This document shows positions 30,508-39,013 of a DNA stretch of 64,000 nucleotides, one piece after another. Positions within the stretch are counted from its first letter, which is position 1. Each line of letters starts with the position of its first letter. The translations under genes were made by a program, and so were the position numbers. Source of the DNA: an uncultured Gammaproteobacteria bacterium (lineage in GTDB: Bacteria; Patescibacteriota; Microgenomatia; Levybacterales; GWA1-39-11). A model generated the notes under the pieces. That model did not search any database. It worked only from the letters and a program-made list of their open reading frames with translations, and was not told the DNA's origin. The stretch is from positions 64,557 to 128,556 of the forward strand of contig CAYPEN010000003.1 of NCBI GenBank assembly GCA_964409875.1. The letters run 5' to 3'.

Positions 30508-30783
30508 TTACTTATTGGTTCTTTTAAAAAGTGTTACGAGTTCTTCGGTTGCTTTTTCACTTTCACCGTTATGGAATTGGTGTGCAACGTGAGTTGAGAG
30601 ATGACGTTCCAAAAGAACCGTGTCAAGGCTTTTTAAGGAATTTTGTATAGCAAGGCTTTGGTTGAGGACGTCGACGCAATACACGTCATCCGTTATCATC
30701 TTTGAAAGTCCTTCCAGCTGGCCTTTGATGATGTTGAGGCGCTTCTGGGCTTTAACTTTGCCGTCTTCGTAGTGAGATTTCAT
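30508..30783 (-). CDS. csoR: CsoR/RcnR family metal-sensing transcriptional repressor
   Basis: 91-aa DUF156 fold with Cys-His-Cys ligand positions (YCVDV...HLSTHV). Confidence 0.8.
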   Translation of the reverse strand: MKSHYEDGKVKAQKRLNIIKGQLEGLSKMITDDVYCVDVLNQSLAIQNSLKSLDTVLLERHLSTHVAHQFHNGESEKATEELVTLFKRTNK

Positions 30784-30793
30784 TGTCTTATCG

Positions 30794-30812
30794 TATACCC
30801 CCCAGGGGTATA
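30794..30812. promoter_or_regulatory. Candidate CsoR operator: perfect 8-3-8 inverted repeat TATACCCC-CCA-GGGGTATA immediately upstream of csoR
   Basis: GC-rich core with AT-rich flanks, typical of CsoR operators. Located about 10 bp from the csoR start codon. Confidence 0.65.
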
Positions 30813-30971
30813 TGTCAAGACACGAAAAGTTTAGATATGAAAAATCAGGTGGAAATTTGAGATTGTAAATTTGTGACCAGGATATCCAGAATCTCGAACC
30901 AGAACAAATGCTTCTTGATTGGTACCAGATTTACAAAAAGTTAAAGTTATTTGTAAAAATTCTGAAGAGAT

Positions 30972-31514
30972 TTAAATTGACTCTAATTTTTCTTTAGAAT
31001 CTCTTTCAAGTTTTTCTCTTTGCTTCTCTGTTAATCCCATGCTTTTTGCAAAAAAATCATTTAAGCCTTCGTATACGATTTCTAATAACTGTAGCGTCTC
31101 TAGTTCTTTTGCGGGATTATTTCTATATTCCCTAATTTTGTCTTGATATGCACTCGGATGAGAAAAAATAACTCTTAAATCATTTAATTTGTACATTTTC
31201 CCAATTAATGCAGATTCTAAGAGATCTGATTCCTGGACTGACTTAACCTTCTTCGCAAAATCAGTGCTTGCGGCTAGTTGAGTAAATCTTTGCCTAAACT
31301 CTAATCGTTCTTCATCTGAAATAGACGTGTTATTAATACTGCTCAAAAGGTGGTTTGCCAAAATTATTTCTAAAGAAACTTCAGTTCTTGCATGAACGTG
31401 AAAAATCTTATGTCTAATCTCCTTTGTTTCTTCATCAGTATAAAGTGGGTCAATATCTTCCCAATTCTGGAGTTTGTTTAGCAGTTCTTGAATTTGCTCT
31501 TCTAGAGGGACCAT
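30972..31514 (-). CDS. Hypothetical protein (possible HEPN-like Rx4H motif)
   Basis: 180 aa, alpha-helical. Contains an RHKIFH motif. No family recognised. Confidence 0.5.
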   Translation of the reverse strand: MVPLEEQIQELLNKLQNWEDIDPLYTDEETKEIRHKIFHVHARTEVSLEIILANHLLSSINNTSISDEERLEFRQRFTQLAASTDFAKKVKSVQESDLLESALIGKMYKLNDLRVIFSHPSAYQDKIREYRNNPAKELETLQLLEIVYEGLNDFFAKSMGLTEKQREKLERDSKEKLESI

Positions 31515-31522
31515 CTGTGTGA

Positions 31523-31540
31523 TTTCCTAAACTAAACGTT
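31523..31540. terminator. 18-nt perfect palindrome AAACTAAACGTTTAGTTT between tRNA-Lys and the downstream gene
   Basis: The sequence is its own reverse complement. Possible terminator hairpin or binding site. Confidence 0.4.
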
Positions 31541-31547
31541 TAGTTTG

Positions 31548-31619
31548 TGATCCGGCAGGGACTCGAACCCTGAACCCAAAGCTTAAAAGGCTTTTGCTCT
31601 ACCATTGAGCTACCGGACC
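31548..31619 (-). tRNA. tRNA-Lys (TTT)
   Basis: Minus-strand cloverleaf: acceptor GGTCCGG/CCGGATC, anticodon loop CTTTTAA. Confidence 0.9.
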
Positions 31620-31809
31620 GAACGTAGTGAGGGACGGGAGCTCAATGGCGAACGAAGTCAAGCTTGCTTGACGAAGTGTCTCATTGAGCAGCATGTACCC
31701 AAAACTCCGACCCTAATTTTACCAAATTCAACCTCATATACGCAAATGGGGCGTCAATTTGACAAAAAGTGATACTTTTACCATACTAAAGAAGAAGGGA
31801 GGTGAGATT

Positions 31810-32466
31810 ATGGATAGTGTAAATAACGTGCTTATTAACACTCTTAACGGCAGTGTTGCAACAATAATTTCCTTCATTCCCCGCTTCCTTTCAGGCTTCA
31901 TCATACTTCTCATCGGTATCATCATCTCGACTTTTTTACGTCAAATCGTCAAAGAAGGACTCAGAATGGTGAAGTTTGAGGCTTTTTTGAAAAGGTATGG
32001 GGTACCCGAATCAAAAGAAACGGCCGATTGGAGCGCGATTCTTTCAGAAATTGTCAGGTGGTTTGTCATTATCGTTTTTCTGGTCCCAACGGCTCAAGTC
32101 TGGGGATTGGGGAAATTTGTTGATGTCCTCAATGGGCTCTTACTGTATCTTCCGAATGTCTTTATAGCAGTACTCCTGCTTTTGGTGGGATTTGTTGTCT
32201 CAAAATTGGTATACGAGCTTTTAGTAGCATCGGTTAGGGGGTTATCGCGTGATAGTGCAAAAAGCATTGCAATGGTCGGTCGCTGGGCTGTTTTGGTCTT
32301 TGTGTTTCTTGTGGTTCTCAATCAACTTGGTATTGCATCAGACCTCATCCGTATACTTTTTGGAGGGCTTGTGGCAATGGTTGCATTAGCTGGAGGACTC
32401 GCATTTGGACTTGGAGGAAAAGATGCGGCACGAGATATCATTGAGAAATTGAGAAAAAAACTTTGA
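31810..32466 (+). CDS. Conserved TM-helix repeat membrane protein (MscS-associated TM_helix family-like)
   Basis: Repeated amphipathic TM segments. The ORF extends to 31759, but the start is probably at MDSV. Confidence 0.55.
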   Translation: MDSVNNVLINTLNGSVATIISFIPRFLSGFIILLIGIIISTFLRQIVKEGLRMVKFEAFLKRYGVPESKETADWSAILSEIVRWFVIIVFLVPTAQVWGLGKFVDVLNGLLLYLPNVFIAVLLLLVGFVVSKLVYELLVASVRGLSRDSAKSIAMVGRWAVLVFVFLVVLNQLGIASDLIRILFGGLVAMVALAGGLAFGLGGKDAARDIIEKLRKKL

Positions 32467-32468
32467 AT

Positions 32469-32498
32469 TTGAGTTGAGGGTAGTATTTTTAGTATAAT
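32469..32498 (+). promoter_or_regulatory. Promoter for tRNA-Glu (TTGAGT-18-TATAAT)
   Basis: Hexamers by eye; the tRNA begins 18 nt after the -10. The tRNA-Arg promoter uses the same TTGAGT -35. Confidence 0.5.
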
Positions 32499-32516
32499 AA
32501 GGCCTGCGAAGTAAAA

Positions 32517-32590
32517 GGCCCCATCGTCTAGTGGCCTAGGACGTCGGGCTTTCATCCCGAAAATCGCGGGTTCGACTCCCGCTGGGGTCA
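32517..32590 (+). tRNA. tRNA-Glu (TTC)
   Basis: Cloverleaf: acceptor GGCCCCA/TGGGGTC, anticodon loop CTTTCAT. Confidence 0.9.
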
Positions 32591-32668
32591 CAAATTCTGT
32601 TATTTACACTAAAGAATATTATTTCCCCCAGATTCAACCCTTAAGTTTACAATACTTTATCATTTCAA

Positions 32669-32980
32669 TCAGTAATTCACAGTAGGAGTTGCTGTCGGTT
32701 GGACGGTTGTTGGTGTTGGCGTCAGCGACACCATGGGTGATACGGTTGGACTTAGCTTTGTGTTCCCTCGCGTCGGTGCAACGTTATTAACATTGCCAGG
32801 TCCGCCTCCTATCCCGGGTTGTAATCCTGACCTAGAATTGTTGTTGGTGGTATACGCATTTGCCCACCAGCCGGCAAAGAATGCTACAACAACTAAAAGG
32901 AGCGGTACGAGCCACGAAAATGCATTTGAGTCATTTCTTCGTACATCTCTCGACACTACATCGTCATCATAAACTGCCAT
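32669..32980 (-). CDS. Small hypothetical membrane protein with Thr/Pro-rich tail
   Basis: One TM helix and a low-complexity C-terminus. Confidence 0.4.
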   Translation of the reverse strand: MAVYDDDVVSRDVRRNDSNAFSWLVPLLLVVVAFFAGWWANAYTTNNNSRSGLQPGIGGGPGNVNNVAPTRGNTKLSPTVSPMVSLTPTPTTVQPTATPTVNY

Positions 32981-33148
32981 AATTTTCACCCCCTTTGTTT
33001 TGTATACTGGCACATCAATTGCTGATTCATATTAAGAAGTAGTAAAAGGTAAGAAAGAAAGAGAGATTTGCTGAGACGCCTAATTTAGGCGGATTGAAAA
33101 TAGATGGGTATATAATGGTTAGGTAAAGCGATTAGAAGGAGAATTATC

Positions 33149-33673
33149 ATGGCTGATACAAAAAAAGAATTACTACCCATAACAATTAGAAGAAGTGTTG
33201 CGCTTTTTGTCTTACGTGTAATACTTTTGGAGTTGATTTTTGAGATAATTTATCTTACATGGAGAACTATTATCCACTATCTGCCTATTCCGCTTGAAAC
33301 CGTAGTTACTCTGAATGGGGTTTCTCTCATAATTTTTTTCATTTTGGTAACACTAATCCAGAACATACTTCTTATTGTTATCGCCTTGAATTGGGTAAGT
33401 GATTATTACGAGATACGGGAAGATGAGGTGGCACATGTGAAAGGAATAGTTTCAAAAACAAGCAGGTCTTATCCGTACCATGATATTCAGTCCATCACGA
33501 TTCACCAAGGATTTATTGGACGCATATTTAATTACGGTGAGGTTAGCCTTTATATTCCCACATTAGGGCACGATTTGCATTTCAGGGAAGTATCAAGTCC
33601 CGAGCGGTTTGTGGAACTTGTAAAAAGCATTAGTCCGCAAATTGAAAGAGGAAAATACATCTTCAGACGCTGA
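33149..33673 (+). CDS. Bacterial PH-domain (YdbS/YdbT-like) membrane protein
   Basis: Two N-terminal TM helices plus a bPH_2-like C-terminal domain. Confidence 0.7.
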   Translation: MADTKKELLPITIRRSVALFVLRVILLELIFEIIYLTWRTIIHYLPIPLETVVTLNGVSLIIFFILVTLIQNILLIVIALNWVSDYYEIREDEVAHVKGIVSKTSRSYPYHDIQSITIHQGFIGRIFNYGEVSLYIPTLGHDLHFREVSSPERFVELVKSISPQIERGKYIFRR

Positions 33674-33680
33674 CGCATTT

Positions 33681-34019
33681 ATGATAAAGATTAAACGTAT
33701 CTATGACGATTACACAGTTGATGACGGGTATAGAGTTTTGGTGGATAGGCTCTGGCCGAGGGGTATTTCAAAGGAAAGCGCTCATATTGATTTGTGGCTG
33801 AGAGAAATTGGACCCTCAAATGAATTGAGGAAGTGGTTTGCACATGATATCCAAAAATGGAAAGAGTTTGCGGTAAAATATAAAGAAGAGTTAAAAGACA
33901 ACACGGCGCTTTTAGAACTTAAGAAAATTGCGAGCAACAATGGGGTCGTTACTTTGCTGTATGGGGCAAAGGACGAAGCGCACAATCAAGCAGTAGTACT
34001 TCTGAGTCTTTTGAAATAA
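33681..34019 (+). CDS. DUF488 family protein
   Basis: The motif YRVLVDRLWPRGISKE is typical of DUF488 (YeaO-like). Confidence 0.75.
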   Translation: MIKIKRIYDDYTVDDGYRVLVDRLWPRGISKESAHIDLWLREIGPSNELRKWFAHDIQKWKEFAVKYKEELKDNTALLELKKIASNNGVVTLLYGAKDEAHNQAVVLLSLLK

Positions 34020-34022
34020 TGA

Positions 34023-34202
34023 TTAGACGCTTGTGTGTTGTATGGTAGTCGAGGTTTTTTGCAATGACTCCATCATGTTGCGCTTTGTTTCCTCAAGATT
34101 CTGGGTATTAGAATCTGCCGCTTCTTGTAATGTTTTGGTTGTGATATTTTTTGGGTTGCCGTGGTCTTCATCCGGCATTCCGCATCCGCAATTCATACAC
34201 AT
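34023..34202 (-). CDS. Unannotated 59-aa Cys-rich small protein (MCMNCGCGMPDEDHG...) with a strong RBS
   Basis: GGAGGTG sits 7 nt upstream of the ATG at 34202. A cluster of 4 Cys in the first 8 residues. Below the 60-aa ORF-track cutoff. Confidence 0.55.
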   Translation of the reverse strand: MCMNCGCGMPDEDHGNPKNITTKTLQEAADSNTQNLEETKRNMMESLQKTSTTIQHTSV

Positions 34203-34333
34203 TTTACTTCACCTCCTTTGTCTTACAAAACCATAACTATCCTACATAAAAGTTTTGTTGGTGGAACGTAATAATTGAATGAAAGCGCTAGATTTATTGA
34301 AAATAAATAATATAGGTCTATAATGTTAGTAAA

Positions 34334-36034
34334 ATGAAAGAATTTGTTACAGGACAAGTCGAAAAACAACACGAGCAAGCATTTGGTAGAGTAGTTTCGC
34401 TTCAGGAAAAGCGAGGGATAGCTCCCATTCATGATCCATTCAAAAACGAATGGCAGGCTCTTTTGCCGGAAAAGCAATATGGGGATGTAACGCTTCCTTC
34501 TGCCAATGCTGCTTTTATTGCCTCATATAAAGATGCGCTTGCAAAGGGTAAATTTGAAGAGTTTAAAGAAAACATCCCTGAGTCAGATTTTTCGGGTATT
34601 TATAGGGTGAGGGCAGTTAACCCGACAAATGAGAAAGACAAAATTGCTGCGGCAAATTATTCGCCTGAGTCAATAGATAGTCTTGAAAAACGCCTGGCTG
34701 AATTTTTGAGGAAAATTGAAGGGTCGAATATAGCACCGGAGTATAAAGCCGAGTATAGAAAGAGAATTCAAAACGGCGAGATGCAGCATTTAAAAATGGC
34801 AAGAAACCTTGGTGCTGTTGAGTACACGATAGAACAAAAAATCCCTTCCGATTGGAGTAATTTTGTAGATTTAGAAAAAACGCTACAGCAAAAGACAATA
34901 GTACTTCCGTATGAGGATTTAGCACAAAAACTTTTGGAAAAAAGCAAAAAGTCAAAAGAGCATCCCGTAAGAACAATGAAGGATGCGTTAAACTTTTGGG
35001 AATTGACTGATGCTGAAAAGCAGGAAGTTGGATATGATAATGTGACGGATGATACGAAGACTCTTTCCAATAAGCAAACGGTAGCGTTGCTTAATATTGT
35101 GCTTAAGCGTTATAAGCTATTTGACTGGAAAAGCGTTGCAGACCCCGCAGTTACTGCAATAAATGATTCGTCACGTGAAAAAGAAATGCAGGTGCCTTCA
35201 GACCGGGAATTTGACAGTGCGGATGCGATATTTATCCCCGGACATGAGACCGTCCATTCAGTATCGGTTGAAAACGGGCAGAGGCAAGAATTTGGACTTT
35301 TGTGGGAAGGAGTTTTTGATTATTTGAAAACCGAAGAGGGGAAAGCATCTGCAAATGAACTAATATTAGGTCTTTCAAACATCGACTCTCGCCAAGTTAA
35401 GCTTTATGGAAGGTATATGGCAGTTGCTATGGCACTTAAAGCAGATGTAAAAGACGGAAAGCCGCAACCGCGCTTTTCTACACAGAAGATTTACGACACA
35501 CTGAAGGATTACGGAGTGCGCGAGTTGGATGCGAAAGACATAGTGTGGAGGATAATGCGTGGCACAACCTTAAGGCACAAAGGGGTGATGATTCCAGTTG
35601 ATGATGGAAAAAGGAATATCGTAGAAATTCCTTCGGCAGAATGTTTTGTAAAGGACGCTTTATATTTTGAAGGACAAAGACAAGTCTTTGAGTGGTTGAG
35701 GGCGAGAATGCCGGTTAAAGCTGGACACAGGGCATCCGTCACAACAAAAACCGAAGACTTCTCTGATAAAACCCTTGCTCGAGTAGGGCTTAAGGCGCAT
35801 GAAATGGAAGAGGGTAAGGTAGTGAATTTAAAGTACCGCGAGGCGAAAAAACAATACCCGTCATGGGTTAAAAAAGGAAGAGAAACACTTTTAACGCTTA
35901 ATAATTTGACCGCCGCAGGCAAAATCAGGCTTGATATGTTAACGGAAAGTTCTTTTTGGGAGCAGAATCTGAAGTTTGGCAGGCAGAACGGACAAATAGA
36001 TTTACAAGATATTTTTACTCCCTCAAAAACTTAA
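34334..36034 (+). CDS. Large orphan soluble protein (566 aa) with an HETVH (HExxH) motif
   Basis: No signal peptide and no TM helices. Highly charged. No family recognised. Confidence 0.6.
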   Translation: MKEFVTGQVEKQHEQAFGRVVSLQEKRGIAPIHDPFKNEWQALLPEKQYGDVTLPSANAAFIASYKDALAKGKFEEFKENIPESDFSGIYRVRAVNPTNEKDKIAAANYSPESIDSLEKRLAEFLRKIEGSNIAPEYKAEYRKRIQNGEMQHLKMARNLGAVEYTIEQKIPSDWSNFVDLEKTLQQKTIVLPYEDLAQKLLEKSKKSKEHPVRTMKDALNFWELTDAEKQEVGYDNVTDDTKTLSNKQTVALLNIVLKRYKLFDWKSVADPAVTAINDSSREKEMQVPSDREFDSADAIFIPGHETVHSVSVENGQRQEFGLLWEGVFDYLKTEEGKASANELILGLSNIDSRQVKLYGRYMAVAMALKADVKDGKPQPRFSTQKIYDTLKDYGVRELDAKDIVWRIMRGTTLRHKGVMIPVDDGKRNIVEIPSAECFVKDALYFEGQRQVFEWLRARMPVKAGHRASVTTKTEDFSDKTLARVGLKAHEMEEGKVVNLKYREAKKQYPSWVKKGRETLLTLNNLTAAGKIRLDMLTESSFWEQNLKFGRQNGQIDLQDIFTPSKT

Positions 36035-36039
36035 AAAAA

Positions 36040-37017
36040 TTACATTGAATTAAGTAACTCTTTCACTTCCTGAATGGTTTGGGTAACCATCAATTTTTCC
36101 CGTAGTTCTGCGGCTCCTTCAAACCCTGAAATATAAATCTTAAAGTACCGCTTCAACGGCGGGTAGCTTTTGGTGTAACCACGTTCGGATATGGGATGAA
36201 TCTGTCTCCAGGTTTTCTCAAAAAGCGATATATGCTCCTTTAGAAGCGCAATGCGTTCTTCCTTTGTTTGGTTCGCGTAATCAACGGTTTCATCAAAAAG
36301 GTACGGATTGTGGAAAACCCCGCGTCCTATCATAATACCGTCAAGTCCGCATTTTTGTGCTAGCTTTCGCCCTTGCTCCTTTGACTCAATGTCCCCATTG
36401 CCAATAATTACCGTTTGTGGAGCAATTTCTTTTCTGAGTCTTGAGACTTTTTCCGCTTCTTCCCAGTGAGCCGGAACAAGTGACATTTCCTTTTGGGTTC
36501 TGAAATGTACGGTAAGCGCGTCTAAGTTTTGTTGCAGTAAAAATCCAATCCACTCCTCGGTTTTGGTTGTCTTAAACCCTATCCTTGTCTTTACACTAAC
36601 CGGTAATCCCTTAGCTCCTTCTTTGACAGCGCTTATTATCTCTTTTGCTTTCTGAGGGTTTTCAATGAGCGCCGAGCAGCAACCGTGGGCGACAACATTT
36701 TTCTCAGGGCAACCCATATTGATATCTATCCCGTCAAACCCCATCTCACCGGCCATTTGAGCTACTTTATAAAAGTTTTCCGGTTTGTCTCCCCAAATGT
36801 GTGCAATAATGGGGTGTTCGACTTCACTAAATATAAGTCTTTTTCCAACTTCTTCGCTCCCTTTGGAGAGAATGCCTTCAACATTTGTAAATTCCGTAAA
36901 GCAAACGTCCGGTTGTCCACACGAAATAACAATTTGCCGAAAGACGGTATCAGTTGCCCCTTCCATAGGTGCAAGGACAAAAAAAGGCTTTGGAAGCGCT
37001 TTCCACGAAAATGACAT
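36040..37017 (-). CDS. dus: tRNA-dihydrouridine synthase
   Basis: FMN-binding TIM barrel motifs (LAPMEGATD..., catalytic Cys in NMGCP). Start probably at MSFSWK. Confidence 0.9.
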   Translation of the reverse strand: MSFSWKALPKPFFVLAPMEGATDTVFRQIVISCGQPDVCFTEFTNVEGILSKGSEEVGKRLIFSEVEHPIIAHIWGDKPENFYKVAQMAGEMGFDGIDINMGCPEKNVVAHGCCSALIENPQKAKEIISAVKEGAKGLPVSVKTRIGFKTTKTEEWIGFLLQQNLDALTVHFRTQKEMSLVPAHWEEAEKVSRLRKEIAPQTVIIGNGDIESKEQGRKLAQKCGLDGIMIGRGVFHNPYLFDETVDYANQTKEERIALLKEHISLFEKTWRQIHPISERGYTKSYPPLKRYFKIYISGFEGAAELREKLMVTQTIQEVKELLNSM

Positions 37018-37165
37018 ATGAGTATTATACTTTATTAGGGGATTTTGCCTCTTGCACCGCCCCAAATCAAAGATTTGGCCGTCATTGCGAGCCATTTTAT
37101 AGCACTGATGTTTTGATTGAAAATGGCTCTTGACAACTCTTAAAAAATGGTGCTACGCTAAGTAC

Positions 37166-37345
37166 ATGAACAAAACGAATCTTGCCTTAGTCCTCGTAGT
37201 CGTGGGGGTTATTATTTACTTCTACCCACAGTTCCAACAATTTGCTTCAGAAGGAAGCCAACTCACCGGTGCGCTTTTTGCAGTGGGTGGGGTAATCCTT
37301 TGGTTCCTCCCGTCAGATAAAACCACAAGTAAGAAGAAGAAGTAG
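37166..37345 (+). CDS. Small hypothetical 2-TM membrane protein
   Basis: Two hydrophobic helices and a Lys-rich tail. Confidence 0.4.
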   Translation: MNKTNLALVLVVVGVIIYFYPQFQQFASEGSQLTGALFAVGGVILWFLPSDKTTSKKKK

Positions 37346-37392
37346 TCTTCATTATTTGACCTTTTGCCTCAGGTAATATATTATGAGATAAG

Positions 37393-38547
37393 TTGTTTCC
37401 TGTTATGAAAAAACTTCTTGTCACAGTATTATTGTGCTTTTTTGCTTTCATGCCTGTTATGCGTGCAGAGGCATTTTTTGATCCTCTTGCAAGACCAAAT
37501 AATTTCCATGGTATCCACATTCTTTTCGCGTCTGAGCTTGAAGATGCAGCAAAGCTCGTGAATTCCCAAAATGGTGAATGGGGGTATGTAACTATTCCTA
37601 TACAAACTGGTGACAAAGACCTGGATAAATGGCAGAAATTTATGGATGAATGTAAAAGGCTCAAGCTCATTCCGATAGTGCGTCTTTCAACAGAAGCAGA
37701 CCCGCAGAACACGGCTGTGTGGAGAAAGCCAACCGCAACAGATATTCTTGATTTTGCAAATTTTCTCAATTCTCTTAATTGGCCAATTGAGAACCGGTAT
37801 GTAATTGTTTTTAACGAAATGAATAGGTTCGACGAATGGGGGGGAGAGGCTCCTGATCCAGCTGCATATACCGACTTTCTCTCATATGCGTCGCAAACAT
37901 TCAGAGAACAAAATCCCAATTTCTTTATCATAATGGGCGGACTTGATAATGCTGCCCCAAATGATGGCGTCAAATACACGGACAATTACGTATATCTTGA
38001 AAAGATGTATCAACGCGACCCTGAAATATTCAAGAAAATAGACGGTTTTGCATCACACTCGTACCCAAACCCCGGATTTGTTGCGCCCCCTCTTCAGAAC
38101 AAACTGGAAGGAATAACGACGTATCAATATGAGTATTTGTATATCAACTCAAAAAGCGACCACAAAGTACCTGTCTTTATAACAGAGACAGGGTGGGATA
38201 GTAAAAAATTACCTGAAAGTGTCATAGCTAAATACTATACCAGTGCATATGAAAATTTTTGGAACAAAGATAAGGATAAAATTGTGGCAATAACTCCATT
38301 TCTTTTAAGTTCGCAAGGGGGAGCATTTGATTCATTTTCTTTTGTTAAAAATGGGAAAAGGACTCAATACTATATGGCTTCGGAGAAAATGGAAAAAACG
38401 AAAGGCCAACCTCTCATACAGAAGGTGAAAGGAATTGCCATAAACAAAGTAACACAGTTAAAAAAGCTTGTTACAAGAAGGTCTACAAATACAAATGATA
38501 AACTCACCAAGGAATTGGTTGTGCAATTTGTACAGGTTTTCTTTTAA
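37393..38547 (+). CDS. Secreted glycoside-hydrolase-like protein (clan GH-A-like TIM barrel)
   Basis: Signal peptide. FNEMNR and ITETGW resemble the clan GH-A acid/base and nucleophile motifs. Confidence 0.55.
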   Translation: MFPVMKKLLVTVLLCFFAFMPVMRAEAFFDPLARPNNFHGIHILFASELEDAAKLVNSQNGEWGYVTIPIQTGDKDLDKWQKFMDECKRLKLIPIVRLSTEADPQNTAVWRKPTATDILDFANFLNSLNWPIENRYVIVFNEMNRFDEWGGEAPDPAAYTDFLSYASQTFREQNPNFFIIMGGLDNAAPNDGVKYTDNYVYLEKMYQRDPEIFKKIDGFASHSYPNPGFVAPPLQNKLEGITTYQYEYLYINSKSDHKVPVFITETGWDSKKLPESVIAKYYTSAYENFWNKDKDKIVAITPFLLSSQGGAFDSFSFVKNGKRTQYYMASEKMEKTKGQPLIQKVKGIAINKVTQLKKLVTRRSTNTNDKLTKELVVQFVQVFF

Positions 38548-38575
38548 TTATTCTTGCTCTTTGCTAATATTAAAC

Positions 38576-39013
38576 GCAATGTCTTTATTCTCCAAACCAA
38601 CCCCTAAAAAACGGTCAGCAAAGAAGAAGAGTAGTGGTCTTTCATGGCAGAAAGATGAAACTATTCAAGAAGAGATGGCTCAAATTGTAGAGTCATTAGG
38701 CCTTTCGTACATCAATGAAAAAAGGGTTTTCTGCTACAGAACTTCCGGGTCAAAGGCTAGAGCATATGCCCGAATTTGGTCTTTTCCGAAAATTTTTCAG
38801 GATGTTTTGAATATCGAACCTGCGTATGTAATGGAAATTATTTCGGAAAAATTTGACAAACTCGATAAGGACAATAGGAAAAAAGTTATAATTCACGAAT
38901 TACTGCACATCCCGAAAAATTTTTCAGGAAGCCTTTTACCTCACAAATATGGTTATACAAAAATAGAGAAAGAGGTAGAGGTATTATTCAAAAAGTATAT
39001 GAACAGCAAATGA
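38576..39013 (+). CDS. Putative zinc metallopeptidase (SprT/DUF45-like)
   Basis: HExxH motif (IIHELLHI) with a basic N-terminal tail. Confidence 0.55.
   Translation, partial: AMSLFSKPTPKKRSAKKKSSGLSWQKDETIQEEMAQIVESLGLSYINEKRVFCYRTSGSKARAYARIWSFPKIFQDVLNIEPAYVMEIISEKFDKLDKDNRKKVIIHELLHIPKNFSGSLLPHKYGYTKIEKEVEVLFKKYMNSK

Noticed and set aside
25368-30783. Integrase or transposase expected if the copper locus is a mobile island
   Set aside because: No integrase, transposase or IS-like inverted repeats are found in or around the locus, so the island idea remains only a compositional and context inference.
32322-32591. 89-aa minus-strand ORF (MTPAGVEPAIFGMKARRPRPLDD...)
   Set aside because: Antisense to tRNA-Glu. 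This is the typical tRNA-antisense peptide artefact.
34033-34236. 67-aa plus-strand ORF (MCCMVVEVFCNDSIML...)
   Set aside because: It is opposite the better-supported minus-strand 59-aa ORF, which has a consensus RBS. The plus ORF has no RBS and a hydrophobic nonsense composition.
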